This document shows, piece after piece, positions 24,943 to 37,755 of a stretch of DNA of 64,000 bases. Source of the DNA: Mobula hypostoma (taxonomy: Eukaryota); assembly GCF_963921235.1 (NCBI RefSeq), contig NC_086108.1, positions 65,474,001 through 65,538,000 on the forward strand, written 5' to 3'. Position 1 is the stretch's first letter, and every line of letters starts with the position of its first letter. A program made the position numbers and the translations under genes. The notes under the pieces are model-generated. The model was not told the origin of the DNA, did no database searches, and saw nothing but the letters and a program-made list of their open reading frames with translations.

Positions 24943-25386
24943 ATCAAGGACATGCCCTCTTTGTTGTACTGCCATTGGGGAGGAGGTAGAGGAGCATAAA
25001 GACACACGGTCAAGAAGAACTGCTTTCTTTGTTCCCCAGTGAGATTTCAGAATGGTCCATTGAACCCATGTATCATAGTTTCATTTCTTTAGTATGTAGA
25101 ACATTAAGAATTAGTGCAGGAAAAGGACATACTGTACATAATCTGTTTTCCATCTTTAATGAAGAAAATCACTTTACCTCTGTCTTAAGTAACCAACTCT
25201 ATTCTAAAATGAAGTTTTCTAATTTTAGAATCCCCCATGAGAGAAAGCTTTTTATAATAATGGGGAACTGAGAGTAATAGCCCATGGGGGGTATTTTTAA
25301 CCTCATCAACCTCCCCCATCACCCCCAGAAATTTATGTTTCAATAAATTAAGACCTCTCAGTCTTCTAAACTCCAATGAATAGTAA

Positions 25387-25606
25387 CCATATAACCATAT
25401 AAAAATTACAGCACGGAAACAGGCCACCTTGCCCCTTCTAGTCTGTGCCGAACTCTTACTCTCACCTAGTCCCACTGACCTGCACTCAGCCCATAACCCT
25501 CCATTCCTTTCCTGTCCATATATCTATCCAATTTAACTTTAAACGACAACATCAAACCTGCCTCAACCACTTCTGCTGGAAGCTTGTTCCACAGAGCTAC
25601 CACTCT
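25387..25606 (-). mobile_element. Short CR1 3' end with 11-bp TSD
   Basis: ATGAATAGTAA is duplicated at 25376-25386 and 25607-25617. Tail (CCATATAA)n; same family as the copy near 7720. Confidence 0.8.
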
Positions 25607-25796
25607 ATGAATAGTAAGCCAACCTACTCAATCTCACTCATTACCTCCTCCAAAACTTCTCTTCAGCTTAGTACAAAGGAGCCTGTCCTTTTTTGTTTAA
25701 TGGTTTTTTTCCTATACATTTTTCTATACATGCTAACCAGGAGAAAATTCCTCTCTATTCGTAGCCTGTTAAGCTTTAAAAGAATTTTTGTAGTTT

Positions 25797-26152
25797 CATA
25801 GAAACATAGAAAACCTACAGCACAATACAAACCCTTTGACCCATGAAGCTGTGCCGAACATGTCTTTACCTTAGAAATTGCCTAAGGTTACCCATAGCCC
25901 TCTATTTTTCTGAGCCTCATTAACACGTCCAGGAGTCTCTTAAAAGACCCTATTGTATCTGCCTCCTCCACCATCACCGGCAGCCCATTCCACGTACTCA
26001 CCACTCTCTGTGTAAAAAAACTTACCCCTGACATCTCCTCTGTACCTGCTTCCAAGCACTTTAAAACTGTGCCATCTCATGCTAGTCATCTCAGCCCTGG
26101 GAAAAAGCCTCTGACTATCCACACGATCAATGCCTCTCATCACCTTATACAC
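25797..26152 (-). mobile_element. CR1 LINE 3' fragment
   Basis: ORF 25940..26158 reads VYKVMRGIDRVDSQRLFPR...; tail CATAGAAACATAGAAA. Confidence 0.85.
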
Positions 26153-26741
26153 TTTCAATAAGATTTCTTCCCAGTCTTCTAAAGTCCAGAGAATACAGGC
26201 ATACTCTAGTCAAGTTCTGCTCTTGCAGCAAACCTGCTATCCCTGTATTCAGTCTGCTTATTCTTTATGCACTCTCTCTATGGCAAGTTCATGCATACTT
26301 AGTTAGGTTCCAAGACCAAAATTGTGCACATTACTCAAAGTATGGTCGACCAAATTTCTCTTTAATGCAGTAAAACTTGTGTATCCTTGTATTCAATTTT
26401 TCCTGTTATCAATGTCGACATTCCTTTTGAATTCATAATCACTTGTACCTGCACATGAACTTTCAGTGACCCATGCATAACCCCATGTGTATAGTTCCTT
26501 TAAAACCTCTCTACTATCCAATCTGCACTACCTCCCCCACTCTAACCCCCAGGGATTAGAAACATCTGCTTCAGAGCATCCTTTTGCATGTGTTGCTGAA
26601 GTAGAGAAAATGCTCCACTATTGTTTGACGACAACATCTCCATTGCTAATGGAGTGATCGTGCGAGGACCCCCTAATGTTGCTTCAATATAACGTGCATT
26701 AAGGAAGCTAATTCTAATCTTAATTGAATATTATCTTACAG

Positions 26742-26852
26742 GTTTCTGGTATTGACCTGCAAAATGCCACACATGATGAAGCCGTAAATGTCATAAAAAA
26801 TGCTGGAAATCCAGTTGTTTTTGTGGTTCAAAGTTTATCACCTACTCCACGA
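26742..26852 (+). CDS. PATJ: PATJ exon, C-part of the same [40 protein letters not shown], phase 0-0
   Basis: Acceptor ttatcttacAG|GTTTCT and donor CGA|GTGAGT; 111 nt. Matches recalled human [37 protein letters not shown]. Confidence 0.96.
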
Positions 26853-28474
26853 GTGAGTAAACACTAGAAAATAAAATAAGATTACAATGCAATCTTTAAC
26901 AGTGTACTGTATCAGCATGTGAATTTATCTGATGGGCTTTAAAGATTACAGTGTACTTCCATATTACAGCAGTTGAGATAATGGAACCTCACCCTTACAG
27001 CATTCACAAAGCACAACCAAAATATTGAAATATGGAATAAAAATTCCCAAGGGGAATTTATGTAAAAGAAAAAAGCAAATTGAAAAAGCGTACTAAAAAC
27101 TGATATAGTTTACCAAGGACAATAATCAGAGGGGATTGGTTTACGGTGTCAAATTTGACAGTCTCTTTTACTGATTTTTGTTCAATGATCACAGTCTGCT
27201 GGCTAACTGTGAGAGGTCTCTGAAAAGATTTGCTTTGGAAACTGACAAGGCAATTTCATTTATTGAAATTTGTACAATGGTATTTATCAATCAGTGTAGC
27301 ATCCTTTTCTAGTTAATTAAAACAACAACTGTTTCGCTTCTACCTACAGCGCAATCAGAATTCCCTTTCACATTCACATACCCTTGCAGATCACATAGCC
27401 AAGGAATCAGTACAGTTGAGAGAAAAATCCCTGTAAGAGTACATCTCTACTTATAGTAAGGGATTCAATGGGGAGACAAAAGGTTTTGCATTATGGAAAA
27501 TTGTGAAACAGACACATGGATACGACATAACCCCTCCCTAATATTGGGGTACGCTGGGTTACAGAGTTTGCATATTTATAAGGTTAGGAAATGATGCAGT
27601 AAGATTATTAATAATAATTTATAAAGCATTTTGACATCCAGTTTCAATGTCAAACCTGTTTTACTTCAGCTTAACCAAAGAACAGTCCAAACTGGTTTAT
27701 TGTTTCTTTGCAATTCATTTAATTTTAAGGGACATTTATTTCTGTACATTATGTCCCTCTCAGCCTTTATACTGTTATTACACTTACAGAATTCTTCCTT
27801 TCTCTGAATTTTAATTTCTTCCCCCTCAGCTGCCAAAATACGAATTTCCATTATTTAAATGCAATCTGAAAAAATTAATTTTCGTCATCTAAATCCAATC
27901 CTATTCTTGCCTGTGGCCTCTTTGCCTCTTCCATTATTAGAGGTTCAATCAGAAACCCTACAATACTACGTTAATTTGCCTGATTAAAGTATTTTGGGTG
28001 CTGAAGAGCTTCTGTTTGAACTCCACTCAATATCTGTAAATTAATGATGCAGCTATGGAGACTGTTGTGGAGCAAAAGAATCAGTTTTTTAAGTTCATAC
28101 TAAGATCAAACCGAGAAGAATCTGTCACCTGCAGGTGGGAGCTGGCTGCATCCCCTTTTAACTACAAACCATTTACTTTCTCCTTTTGTACAAAAGATGC
28201 CATTTTATACAGATTCAGAGAGTTGTTTCTGCCATTACCTTCCGTGCATGGTCATCATATCCCTTACAGGCTTTTACCTTTGCTTCTGCTGGTTCATGCC
28301 TAAAGCATCCCCTTGTTTGGATAAGACCATGGTTACTATGGTGACAGACTCTTTATCCTAAGCATTGATGAACAGAACCTCCAACGCGAGTCTGTTGTTC
28401 CTTAAATTCAAAACTGTAGGCGGTACATTAATTTAAAACACTGCAGAAGCTGGAAGCCTGATTTAAAAAAAAAC

Positions 28475-28632
28475 AGAACACACTGAAAGCACTCCACAGG
28501 CCAGGCAGCATCTGTGGAAAGACAAAAACAGTTAATGTTTCAGGTGAAAGACACTTTTGAGTTGATGAAGTTTCTTTGACCTGAAATATTAATTTTGTTT
28601 CTATTTCCACAGATACTACCTAACTTGCAGTA
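28475..28632. repeat. Degenerate inverted pair of Penelope-like pLTR ends
   Basis: ggcagcatctgtggaaagac...aatgtttcaggt mirrors acctgaaatatt...tttccacagatactacc. Confidence 0.55.
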
Positions 28633-28738
28633 ACACCATTAGTGAGTCATGTGAGGTCTCACCAGCTCTAGATGTAATTGTAGCTGACCTTCTGTAATTT
28701 TTTACTCCCACCTCCATTGTAGTATTAATCAATATTTC

Positions 28739-29597
28739 TTTCTTTCTTTTTCAATCTTTTTATTAATTTCATAGAATGAAAACATAACATAACAATATTA
28801 CAAATAGTAGGAGATACATTGTTACAGTTAAAATAAATCATTATAAGACCGAATAGTATAAATTGACAAGACTCCCAATCGTGTAGAATAGGAATGAATA
28901 ATACAAAGCAAAAAAAAACTGAAAAAAAACATGAAAAAGAAAAAAAGCACTATCCCCAAAGAAAACTAAACTAAACAGAATTAGTCAACTAAACTAAAGA
29001 CTTGGGCAGTACTAACAACTTAAAAATGGGAAAGAAGAAAGCCTTAGTGTCGACGACTCCACTCCTCTCAACCAGCAGTACCGAGAGATAAAACAAGTTT
29101 GGAAATGGTCAACTTACATCAAATGAAAATGCTGAATGAATGGCCTCCAAGTTTTTTCAAATCTAATGGAAGGGTCATAAACCGCACTTCTAATTTTTTC
29201 CAAATTCAAACATACCATAGTTTGTGAAAACCAATGGAATACAGTAGGAGGGTTAATCTCTTTCCAATTCAGCAAAATAGGTCGTCTAGCCATTAGAGTA
29301 AGAAATGCAATCATCCTACGTGCTGAAGAGGTTAGATAATTTGAATCTATCATTTGTAATCCAAAGATAGCAGTAATTGGGTGAGGTAATAAGTCCATAT
29401 TCAAAATGGTTGAAATAATGAGAAAAATATCTTTCCAATATTTTGCCAACAAAGGACATGACCAAAACATGTGAGTTAAAGAAGGAATCACGCAATGACA
29501 TCTATCACATATTGGGTTAATGTAAGAGTAGTAACGAGATAGTTTATCTTTGGACATATAGGCCCTGTGGACTACTTTAAACTGTATCAACAATTTC
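28739..29597 (-). mobile_element. 5'-truncated L1-clade LINE (ORF2 C-terminal CCHC zinc knuckle), 11-bp TSD
   Basis: ORF reads IQFKVVHRAY...CDRC...THMFWSC. ATCAATATTTC is duplicated at 28728-28738 and 29598-29608; (TTTC)n tail on the + strand. Confidence 0.88.
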
Positions 29598-31980
29598 ATC
29601 AATATTTCATTTGCTGCCTTGATTACTTGTTGCTTACGGCAACATTCTGCAGTTTCTTTCCTTTTAAACAAAGTCTGCTTTCCTCCTCTTCCTACTAAAT
29701 AGATAGTCTCATACCTTCCATTTGTTGTTTTTCACCCATCGCCTAACCTATCTGTATCCCCTTGCAGACTCTTTCCTTCTTTTTAAGAGTTTTGCTATCC
29801 CACATATGTTTGCATCAGCAGAAAATCTGGATATGAACTTCTTTCATCAAAATCATTAGGGTTGTAAACGTATAGGTCCCAATAGTACCTTACTAGTTTT
29901 AGATTACCAACCTGAAAATGACTCATTTATCCAGATTTTTGTTCCAATCACAGATTTAAATTGAGTCTGTATTTTAAAAAAAAATTTCAATATGTTTTCT
30001 GAAAATTTGAACTCTTTTTCTGTGCTGATTTTTAAGAAGTTGAAAAACTGCAAGACATTCTTTGAAAATGTCAACACATTTGTTTCAATATAATTAGATT
30101 TTATTACAATTCTAAAAAAAGCTGATTTTATATTATTTTGCATATATATCTGCTCTGAGTGATGAACTATCAATCACCTTGGCTCGAGCTAAAGACTGAA
30201 TCCTTGTGAAAGTTGAGAACAGTATGACCTACAAGTTCATAAATTGCATTGCATTTTAATATATACTCTGGCAGCAACTTAAGATTGTGTAGCAAGAAGA
30301 AAATGTCTACTTGATTCTACTTGAACAATGAAATAAGTAATTATTCTGTATTATATGTATAAAGTTCACCATCCCTCCCTGATTCATCACTTCTTTAAAT
30401 TCTGATCAGTTTAAAGCAGTCACTTTTAAAAATGGTCAAAAACTAATTTGACTTAGTCTAGGGAGTTAATGTGCTCATTTGGTCATTAATTATAGTGTAT
30501 TTCTGGAGATAATTATATTCTGATCCATGATCCATAAAGTGTCAGTAATGCAGCACGCTTCTGTGTGTAATATGAATAATTAAGTTTAGTTACTGCCTGT
30601 CATTTAGGTATGTGCATAAAATAATAACTTGGCTTTTAATATGCAATGGAAGTTGCAGTGATGCGGACCATATTCACAAGTGTTTCCCTAACTTAAAATT
30701 GAATATCTTGTAGAACAAAATCTAAGCTGATACTGTGAAAACAAAACTTCTGTATTTCATGATTACCCAGTAACAAGCTGGCAAGTAGAGGAAAGCAGTA
30801 TCTGGGAGGTTTAATGAGGAAAGTAAAGGAGGAGAAGGAAGGCAGAGAAGCAAGGGACATAAGGAATTAATCATCTCTCTTGGAAAACAGAAGTCATATC
30901 AATTGGAACCAGAGGAGTGAAAACAAAGAAATGGAATTTTCAAGATGAAGAAAGGGGTGAGGCTGATCTTTCAGTAGGGCCTCAACTGGACGTTAAGCTC
31001 TTTATTTTCACTCTGCTTCATCCATGTGAAAAACAGTCTTCTAATAATAATATGATGTCTTAATATGAGCACAGGCCATAATGGAGGCTTGTGGCATCTT
31101 GACAACTCTTAAAGGATGTCAAGATGTTCTTCTATTTTGCTTTCTGTATCCTGTACTTGTTTAAGATTCTTACCTCTTTTATGAGGAATATGCAAACTAA
31201 GCAATGCAAATGAAAGTTTAAAAAATTAGTTTCCATTATCTTCTTATCTGAACAAAACCCTCCAGTTAAAGCCAAATTTCATTAATTATAGTCATGGAGT
31301 TTCATTATCACCGTTGGGTACTCAGGTACATTCAAGCATAACAGAAAAAGGCTCAGTTGCAGGGCACAAATGCAAATTTCAGTTGTACCACAGACTCAGG
31401 AGATGCACTAAAATTAAATGCTATTCGGGATTAGGCACTGTGATAAGATTTGCTGGTATCACAGGCTTTTTTTTTTGCTTTCACCCCTCTCCAACTCTAC
31501 AATTCAGAACACACTTCCTTTCTTTCTATTCCACTTCGGAGAGAGTCATTAACCTAAAACATTAAATCCATTTTTCTCTCCAGAAATTTGAATTTTTATT
31601 TCAACATGCCTTTACTGTTTTGCCACATTCCCTTGCAGATGCTTATGGCTGATATTTGTAAAATAATTGGTTATATAGGTATATTTGTCAGTGCGGGCTC
31701 ATTGGGTTTGTATTCCTAAATAAATTTAAAACAAGCTTTTTTGTACCCTTGCTTAGAAACCCCCTGTACTTGTAATAGACTATATTTAATATTCTGTGTG
31801 TTTTTTCATTGAATCTTTTCTAATCTTTGACACATCATTAGAAGAGGATGATTGGAAAGAAACAAAACACGCTATCTCTGTTGTAAATTGCTACAGTTTT
31901 GCAGTAGGAAGTATTTTTCATGTGGTAAAATGCTAGCTGCCATTATAAAAATGAACTTGTATCATAATTCTGTTCAACAG

Positions 31981-32037
31981 CCATATTCTGTATATCAAAG
32001 CAAAACTGAGCAAAAACAAGAAAAAGAAATAAAAACA
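31981..32037 (+). CDS. PATJ: PATJ small exon PYSVYQSKTEQKQEKEIKT, phase 0-0
   Basis: Acceptor tctgttcaacAG|CCA and donor ACA|GTAAGT; 57 nt, frame-preserving. It sits where the Q/E/K-rich linker exon is expected before PPPMxLPPPY. Confidence 0.75.
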
Positions 32038-32161
32038 GTAAGTAACTTCTTAAAGATAATTTTGGTTATAACTAAGGTGGCAACAATTGCTCTGCAGGTG
32101 CAATACAGTTATAAAGTAATTTGCCCTTTTTAAATTATGATATCTCTTGGTCCCCTTTCAG

Positions 32162-32312
32162 GCTTTGGCCCCAAATAGAGCTGGTCCACCACCACCCATG
32201 CGATTGCCTCCACCTTACAGAGAACCTGCAAGTGTGAAATTATCAGAATTGGAGAAGTCAGTGGAATTTCCAGATAATGGCAAGATTCCAAAGAAAGAAA
32301 ATGAGAGTGACC
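32162..32312 (+). CDS. PATJ: PATJ exon ALAPNRAGPPPPMRLPPPYREPASVKLSELEKSVEFPDNGKIPKKENESD(C..), phase 0-1; contains a PPPY (PY) motif
   Basis: Acceptor tcccctttcAG|GCT and donor GACC|GTAAGT; 151 nt. Matches recalled human APPPMKLPPPY. The phase-1 end fits the expected next exon (Q)KIRQRY, which is not in this window. Confidence 0.93.
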
Positions 32313-32423
32313 GTAAGTTCAATAAGATATAGTGAAATCAGCCTCAGTTTTTGATGTCATTATGAGGTGTGGGCATTGCAGATAAATCCCACATTAATAA
32401 GTCTTCAAACTTGCCTTTGAGTA

Positions 32424-33317
32424 TGTAACCCATGATAATTAAACCCAGAGATGTAATGTTAGAAAGCTCCACTTGTGGAGAGATAAAAACGAGGTTTACT
32501 GAATTAAAAAAAATAACTTGAAACGAAAAGCTATGAGAGAACGAGGCATGGCTCATGCAGTGCAGGAAAGCGAGAGAAACGCAGCAAACTATTAGAAACC
32601 AAAGATCTAAAACTGTTAGGAATGGAATTAGTAGTGAGTATCTCTATCCTACTTGGAAACCTCGGGGTGAGACCCATGGAGGAGAGATGATAGTGATAAA
32701 AGATCTATTGAAGCTACAACTATGTATAAGTTTGTATTCATTTGAAAAACCTGAATTTGATTTTATGCAAGAACTGATGATTTTTGCAAAGACTTTGATA
32801 AGTTATTGAACGCGATTTACTTTGTTTAAGAGTTGTGATGTTGGAGAATTGTCATGAAAGGAGTTAAGCTGTGTATATATAATCTTTGAATTTGAATTTG
32901 TAGATATACTGACTGGAACTGAAACTGAAGTTAACCATAATACTTAAGAATAGGAATTCAATAAGAATAACACTAGATCTAATTAGTTCGGAAATTGGAG
33001 TAACAAAGGTTATTCTAATGAAATTCACTGATTCTAATTAGAAAGGAATTTGGTTTTTGTTTGATATTGAGATTTGGAACCTAATCAGAATGTTGGAATT
33101 TTGACTTGTTCTGACTCATGTAAACATTTTGTATATCTTGTTTTTTTTTTATAAACAAAACTTGAGTTTAGAAGTGTGTGTTTTCTATTGACTTCCAATA
33201 CCTAGGGCTTCTGGTGGCCTACTAGCACCTATTGTAGTACTACATAATTTGATTTTTCTCATAAAGCCTGCAGTGACCAGTCACACGAGATAAGACCAGC
33301 GCTACGCAGATGTTAGA
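32424..33317 (+). repeat. 5' LTR
   Basis: Homologous to 37756-39094 but shorter through internal deletions; ends TGTTAGA. Confidence 0.88.
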
Positions 33318-33324
33318 TAGAACT

Positions 33325-33341
33325 TGCCCAGCCAACCAGGA
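33325..33341 (+). promoter_or_regulatory. Degenerate primer-binding site, probably tRNA-Arg(ACG)
   Basis: TGCCCAGCCAACCAGGA matches 14/17 positions of TGGCGAGCCAGCCAGGA, the complement of the recalled tRNA-Arg-ACG 3' end. It lies just after the 5' LTR. Confidence 0.6.
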
Positions 33342-35737
33342 TGCAGTGTATTAGATAACCATAGCACACTGATTAGATAACAAAACACTAAAAGAATCTT
33401 ATTGTTCAACCTCAGTTGTTCAGTTAAGATCTACAGTGAAAAAAATTGAAGTCATAGAGGAAAAGGGTGTCAAAATCCTAAATGCTATTTCAGTCAATGC
33501 ATAACACAAACAGAAAAAGATGAGGAAATATTGGACTTTCTAAAAGAATATGTTCAGTTGCCAGAGTTATTCCTCTAACTGACCCCAGTGCAGAATTTCC
33601 TAAGTCCCTCATTGTAGAGTAAAATATTGGTTCTGCCGTGCAAGATCTCTAGCCCTTGCTACCGTACGCTCAAAGGGCAAGTGGTGACCAAAATGTTTCC
33701 TACCATGTAGCTACTTTAGCCAGTGTTTACACTCAGAAAGTTGGAAAAGACACCACTCAAGTTTACATAGGTGAGTTGAAAACCTTAGCAAAGTGGGAAA
33801 GCTTATGATGAAATACTGAGGGAGGTATTAACCCAGATCAGAGATATCGAGAGTAGGGAAACAGTCACTGTTGAAACTTCTGAAGATGTGCGTAACAAGA
33901 TCACGACTCTTCAATTCAGAGCAGACATTTCTGGTACCATACTAACAGATTTGTAGAGGATGTTCAGACTACTCCTCAATATTAGAGCTGCAACTGGAAC
34001 AGAAAAAACAAAACCTGCCATCATTTACTGAATTATTGACACTTTCTACACTCCGAGGAAGACAAGCATGCTTCCAGAGCTGCATGCATGAAGCAGCATT
34101 TAGGGACAGTCAAACAACGTGCCGTTATACAGTCTCAGACCACAGGTACCTGTAAAGAAAATGATTTAGCACAGCTAATTCCAGTTACTTCTCAGCTGAC
34201 TAAATGGATCGCTGAACTTCAAAGACAACTAGCTACTCTACAAACTACAAAACAGCAGAAGGTAAAAGCGAGCTCTAAGACAGCAGGTGATACACCACCA
34301 AAAGGAAAGACTGACGTAAAAGATAAACTAGAGTCCACAACCACTAACAAACAGCCAAGTGTAAAACCAAAACCTTGGTACTGTTTTAAAGGTGGCGAAG
34401 ATGGGCACGTAGCCAGCTGTTGCTCTTATGAACCAAATCTGGTATTAGTAGCAGAAAAGTGAAGACAGCTTGAGAAGAGACAGAGTGAGTGGGAGTCATG
34501 TCAGGATACTCTTAAGCCTCATTTTAAACTAGAAGCAGTTCGTGTTGCGGGACAAACAGGGATTGATGTTGGCAAAGCGTATCCCAAAAGTTTCAAGATG
34601 TTGCTTGGTGAAACAAAGTCCCAGGAAGTGTGGGAATGCATCTTGAAGTTTACTGAAAGTCGTCTGGTGAACTCAGGTGATGCAGGTGACATTAGTGCTG
34701 CTGGTGTTGTGCAAGCTGTCTGTGAGAGTTTTCTTGTCCAGCAAACAGAACCTGCCGCAGATGTCGCCATTGCATATGTTCGATCCTTAATGATGCACTC
34801 AAGTGCTATACCTGACAGTTACACACAAGAAGATGAGTGTGGGGGATTACCAGTTATTTCTCATCTCTGATGCTAAGATTACAGACTCCCAGTTAACTGA
34901 TCCATGCATAAGGGAAGTCATCAAGCAGATGGAAACTGGAAAAAACCCATCCCCTTCGGTGCGGAACGCAATCCCCAGACTACCCTACCCTCTCAGAGAA
35001 TGGGATCCTCTAGAACTAAAAGATGGAATTCCCTACTACAGGAAGAGATTAACAGGAGATAAAACAACATGCCAGGAAAGTTGTTTTACCTGAAAAGTTT
35101 CAATCTGAGGTACTTAAGAGTCTTCACAATGACTTTGGTCACATGCTTATTGATCGTACCCTGGATTTAGTCAGAAGCCGATTCGGTTGGCCCATGATGG
35201 CTGCTGATGTGGAACACAAGATTAAAACATGCAGTCGATGTGTAAGAAGAAAGACCTTGCCTGAGAAAGCTGCTCTGTTAGTGAATATTGTGAATACTCA
35301 ACCCCTGCAACTGGTCTGTATGGACCTTCTTACATTAGAACCCGATTAAAGTAACACAAGAGATGTGTTAGTAATATCTTATCATTTCACTAAATATGCT
35401 TTGGCTATTCCTACACCTAACCAAAAAGCCAAGACGGTTGCGAAGTGCCTACTGGAGCGTTTCATCTTGGATTATGGTTATCCTGAGTGCCTACACAGCA
35501 AGAAAAAGCCTGACTTCGAATCCCACTTGATTATAGAATTGTGTGAATTTAAAATGTCAAGAAGTGAGAACTGGAATTCATTAAGTCAGAAATACACCAT
35601 ATCATTCCAGAGGAAGCCCTGTCAAGAGGTTTAACAGGACCCTCTTAAGTTTGTTGGGAACCCTGGAGATGAAATATAAAACTCGCTGGCGAGAATCTGT
35701 GAAACCCCTGGTCCATGCTTATAATTGTACTAGGAAC

Positions 35738-36572
35738 ATTCCCTAATTCAATTTAAAGTGGTTCATAGAGCACATATGTCCAAAGATAAGTTAGCGCGTT
35801 TTTACTCGCATATTAATCCTTTTTGTGATAGATGTTCGGGGCAGATAGCCTCTTTAACTCATATGTTTTGGTCTTGTCCTACTTTGGAAACTTTTTGGAG
35901 AGATATTTTTAATATTATTTCTAAGGTATTAAATATAGATATCTCTCCTCACCCTATTACTGCTATCTTTGGACTTCCTAAAATTTCTAGTAATCTTTCC
36001 CCTTCAGCCTGTAGAATGATCGCATTTCTTACTTTAATGGCGAAAAGGTGTATTTTACAACATTGGAAAGAGCTTAATGCTCCAAATACCTTTTTTTGGT
36101 TCTCTCAGACGATTTTATGTTTGAATCTGGAGAAAATTAGAAGCAACCTTTATGATTCTTCATTTAAATTTGAACAGATTTGGGGACCTTTTATTCGATA
36201 CTTTCATTTAATGTAATACATACCCTTCTTGTTTTTTTTCACTGTTTTTAAAGGAGGTCGGGATTGAGGACGTGATTTTAAGTTTAACTCTGTTTGGTTT
36301 TAAGTTAGCCCATTGCTTTGCTTTGCTTTTAGTTAGTTGCACGGTGGGTTTTTTTTTGGGGTTTTTTTTTTTTCTTTTTTTTCCATTGATATATATATAA
36401 AATTTAGTATACTATTATGTTATCTTGGTTTTTTATGTTTAAATTACATTGTTTGTAGTATTTTTTTTGGTATTGATACCTTCTGGAATTCTATTATATT
36501 TTAACATTGTATTAATGTTTATATGGTTTACCTTTTTGTATACTTATTCAATAAAAAGATTTAAAAAGAAAG
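35738..36572 (+). mobile_element. Young 5'-truncated L1-clade LINE nested in the Gypsy integrase, 15-bp TSD
   Basis: AATTGTACTAGGAAC is duplicated at 35723-35737 and 36573-36587. ORF 35758..36216 has CDRC...HMFWSC; AATAAA plus AAAGAAAG tail. Confidence 0.93.
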
Positions 36573-37755
36573 AATTGTACTAGGAACTAAGATTGGCTTT
36601 AGTCCATATGAATTGATGTTTGGATGACAACTCAGACTTCTAGTTGACTTAGCTTTCAGACTACCCTTGAAAAACAAATATGGTAGATCACACTCTCAGT
36701 ATGTACAGAATTTGAAATCTCATCTTGAGGAAAACTTCAAGATAGTTATGGGGAACTCACAGAAAATGGCAGACCAAAACAAGACCAGATATGACAAACA
36801 TGTGACAGCTTCAGAGTTGAAAGAAGGAGACTGAGTGCTAGTAAGGAATCTGTGCCTACGAGGTAAAAATAAACTTGCTGATAAATGGCAAGAAACAGTC
36901 TTTGTAGTGGTGAGCCAAGCTGGTGAACTGCCTGTCTACAAGGTGCGTCTTGAGAACTAGTCTGGACCCTTACGAACATAACATAGGGATCTATTGCTTC
37001 CTTGTGGATTTCTTCCTTCTGAAGACAATGAACAACGTTCTCCTGTCCTTGTTCACAAGTACTCAACTCACAGGAGAACTAAGAATGAACAGTCGGTTGA
37101 AGAGGAAGAAAATCCAATTGACTCTGAAGAGGACAAGGATGAAGTTTATGACCTCAGACCAAGACTTGACATTGTAGTTGAGCCTTCTAAGAGTCGAGAA
37201 ACTTGTGAATAGTTACACAGAAGAATTGTGGGCTCTAACCCCAAGCCCAAATCAGCCAATTACAACCATGTCAGTGCTGGAATCCCAAAGAAATGTAAGT
37301 AACTTACCTGATATAGAGGAATCTACTGTAGAAAGTATCTTATCTGTCAGTCCTGAAGAAAACCCAGTGGAAGAAACAACAACTGAGGAAATGCATAATT
37401 AGTGTATCCCACCTGATGGCAGTAGTCTGGAAATTTTGTCAATCCCAAATGAGATTCAACAAGAAAAAGAGACACATGATGAAGTGTTGACTAGAAAAGA
37501 TATGACAAATGAAAATTCTCACTCAGACGAGTCTGATCTCAGAAAGTCTTCCATGTACAGAGGAAAAACCTAGAACTCAAACATATCCTGAGCTAAGAAA
37601 TCCTATAGTGACAATAGTTCAGTCCTTTTTCCAAGTTCTGAGTTCAGCCATTGTAGAGTCTCTTCCAGATTTCACATATGTTGAACACCCCAAGCCCATT
37701 ACAGTGCAACCTGTAGCTGTATGCAAAGGGACTTGCATAAATTCAAGGGGGGAGG

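Noticed and set aside
27350..27432. Candidate exon RNQNSLSHSHTLADHIAKES... after acceptor ctacctacAG
   Set aside because: The better donor (CT|GTAAGA at 27432) gives phase 2, incompatible with the next phase-0 exon. The in-phase donor (TCA|GTACAG at 27409) is weak. It cannot be supported without transcripts.
28332..28345. RFX X-box-like GTTACTATGGTGAC
   Set aside because: A single imperfect motif with no supporting context.
2005..32312. Assignment of the gene to MPDZ because of the PDZ6-like domain
   Set aside because: Diagnostic peptides ([26 protein letters not shown], PPPMxLPPPY and the MVQGGFP exon) fit PATJ better than MPDZ.
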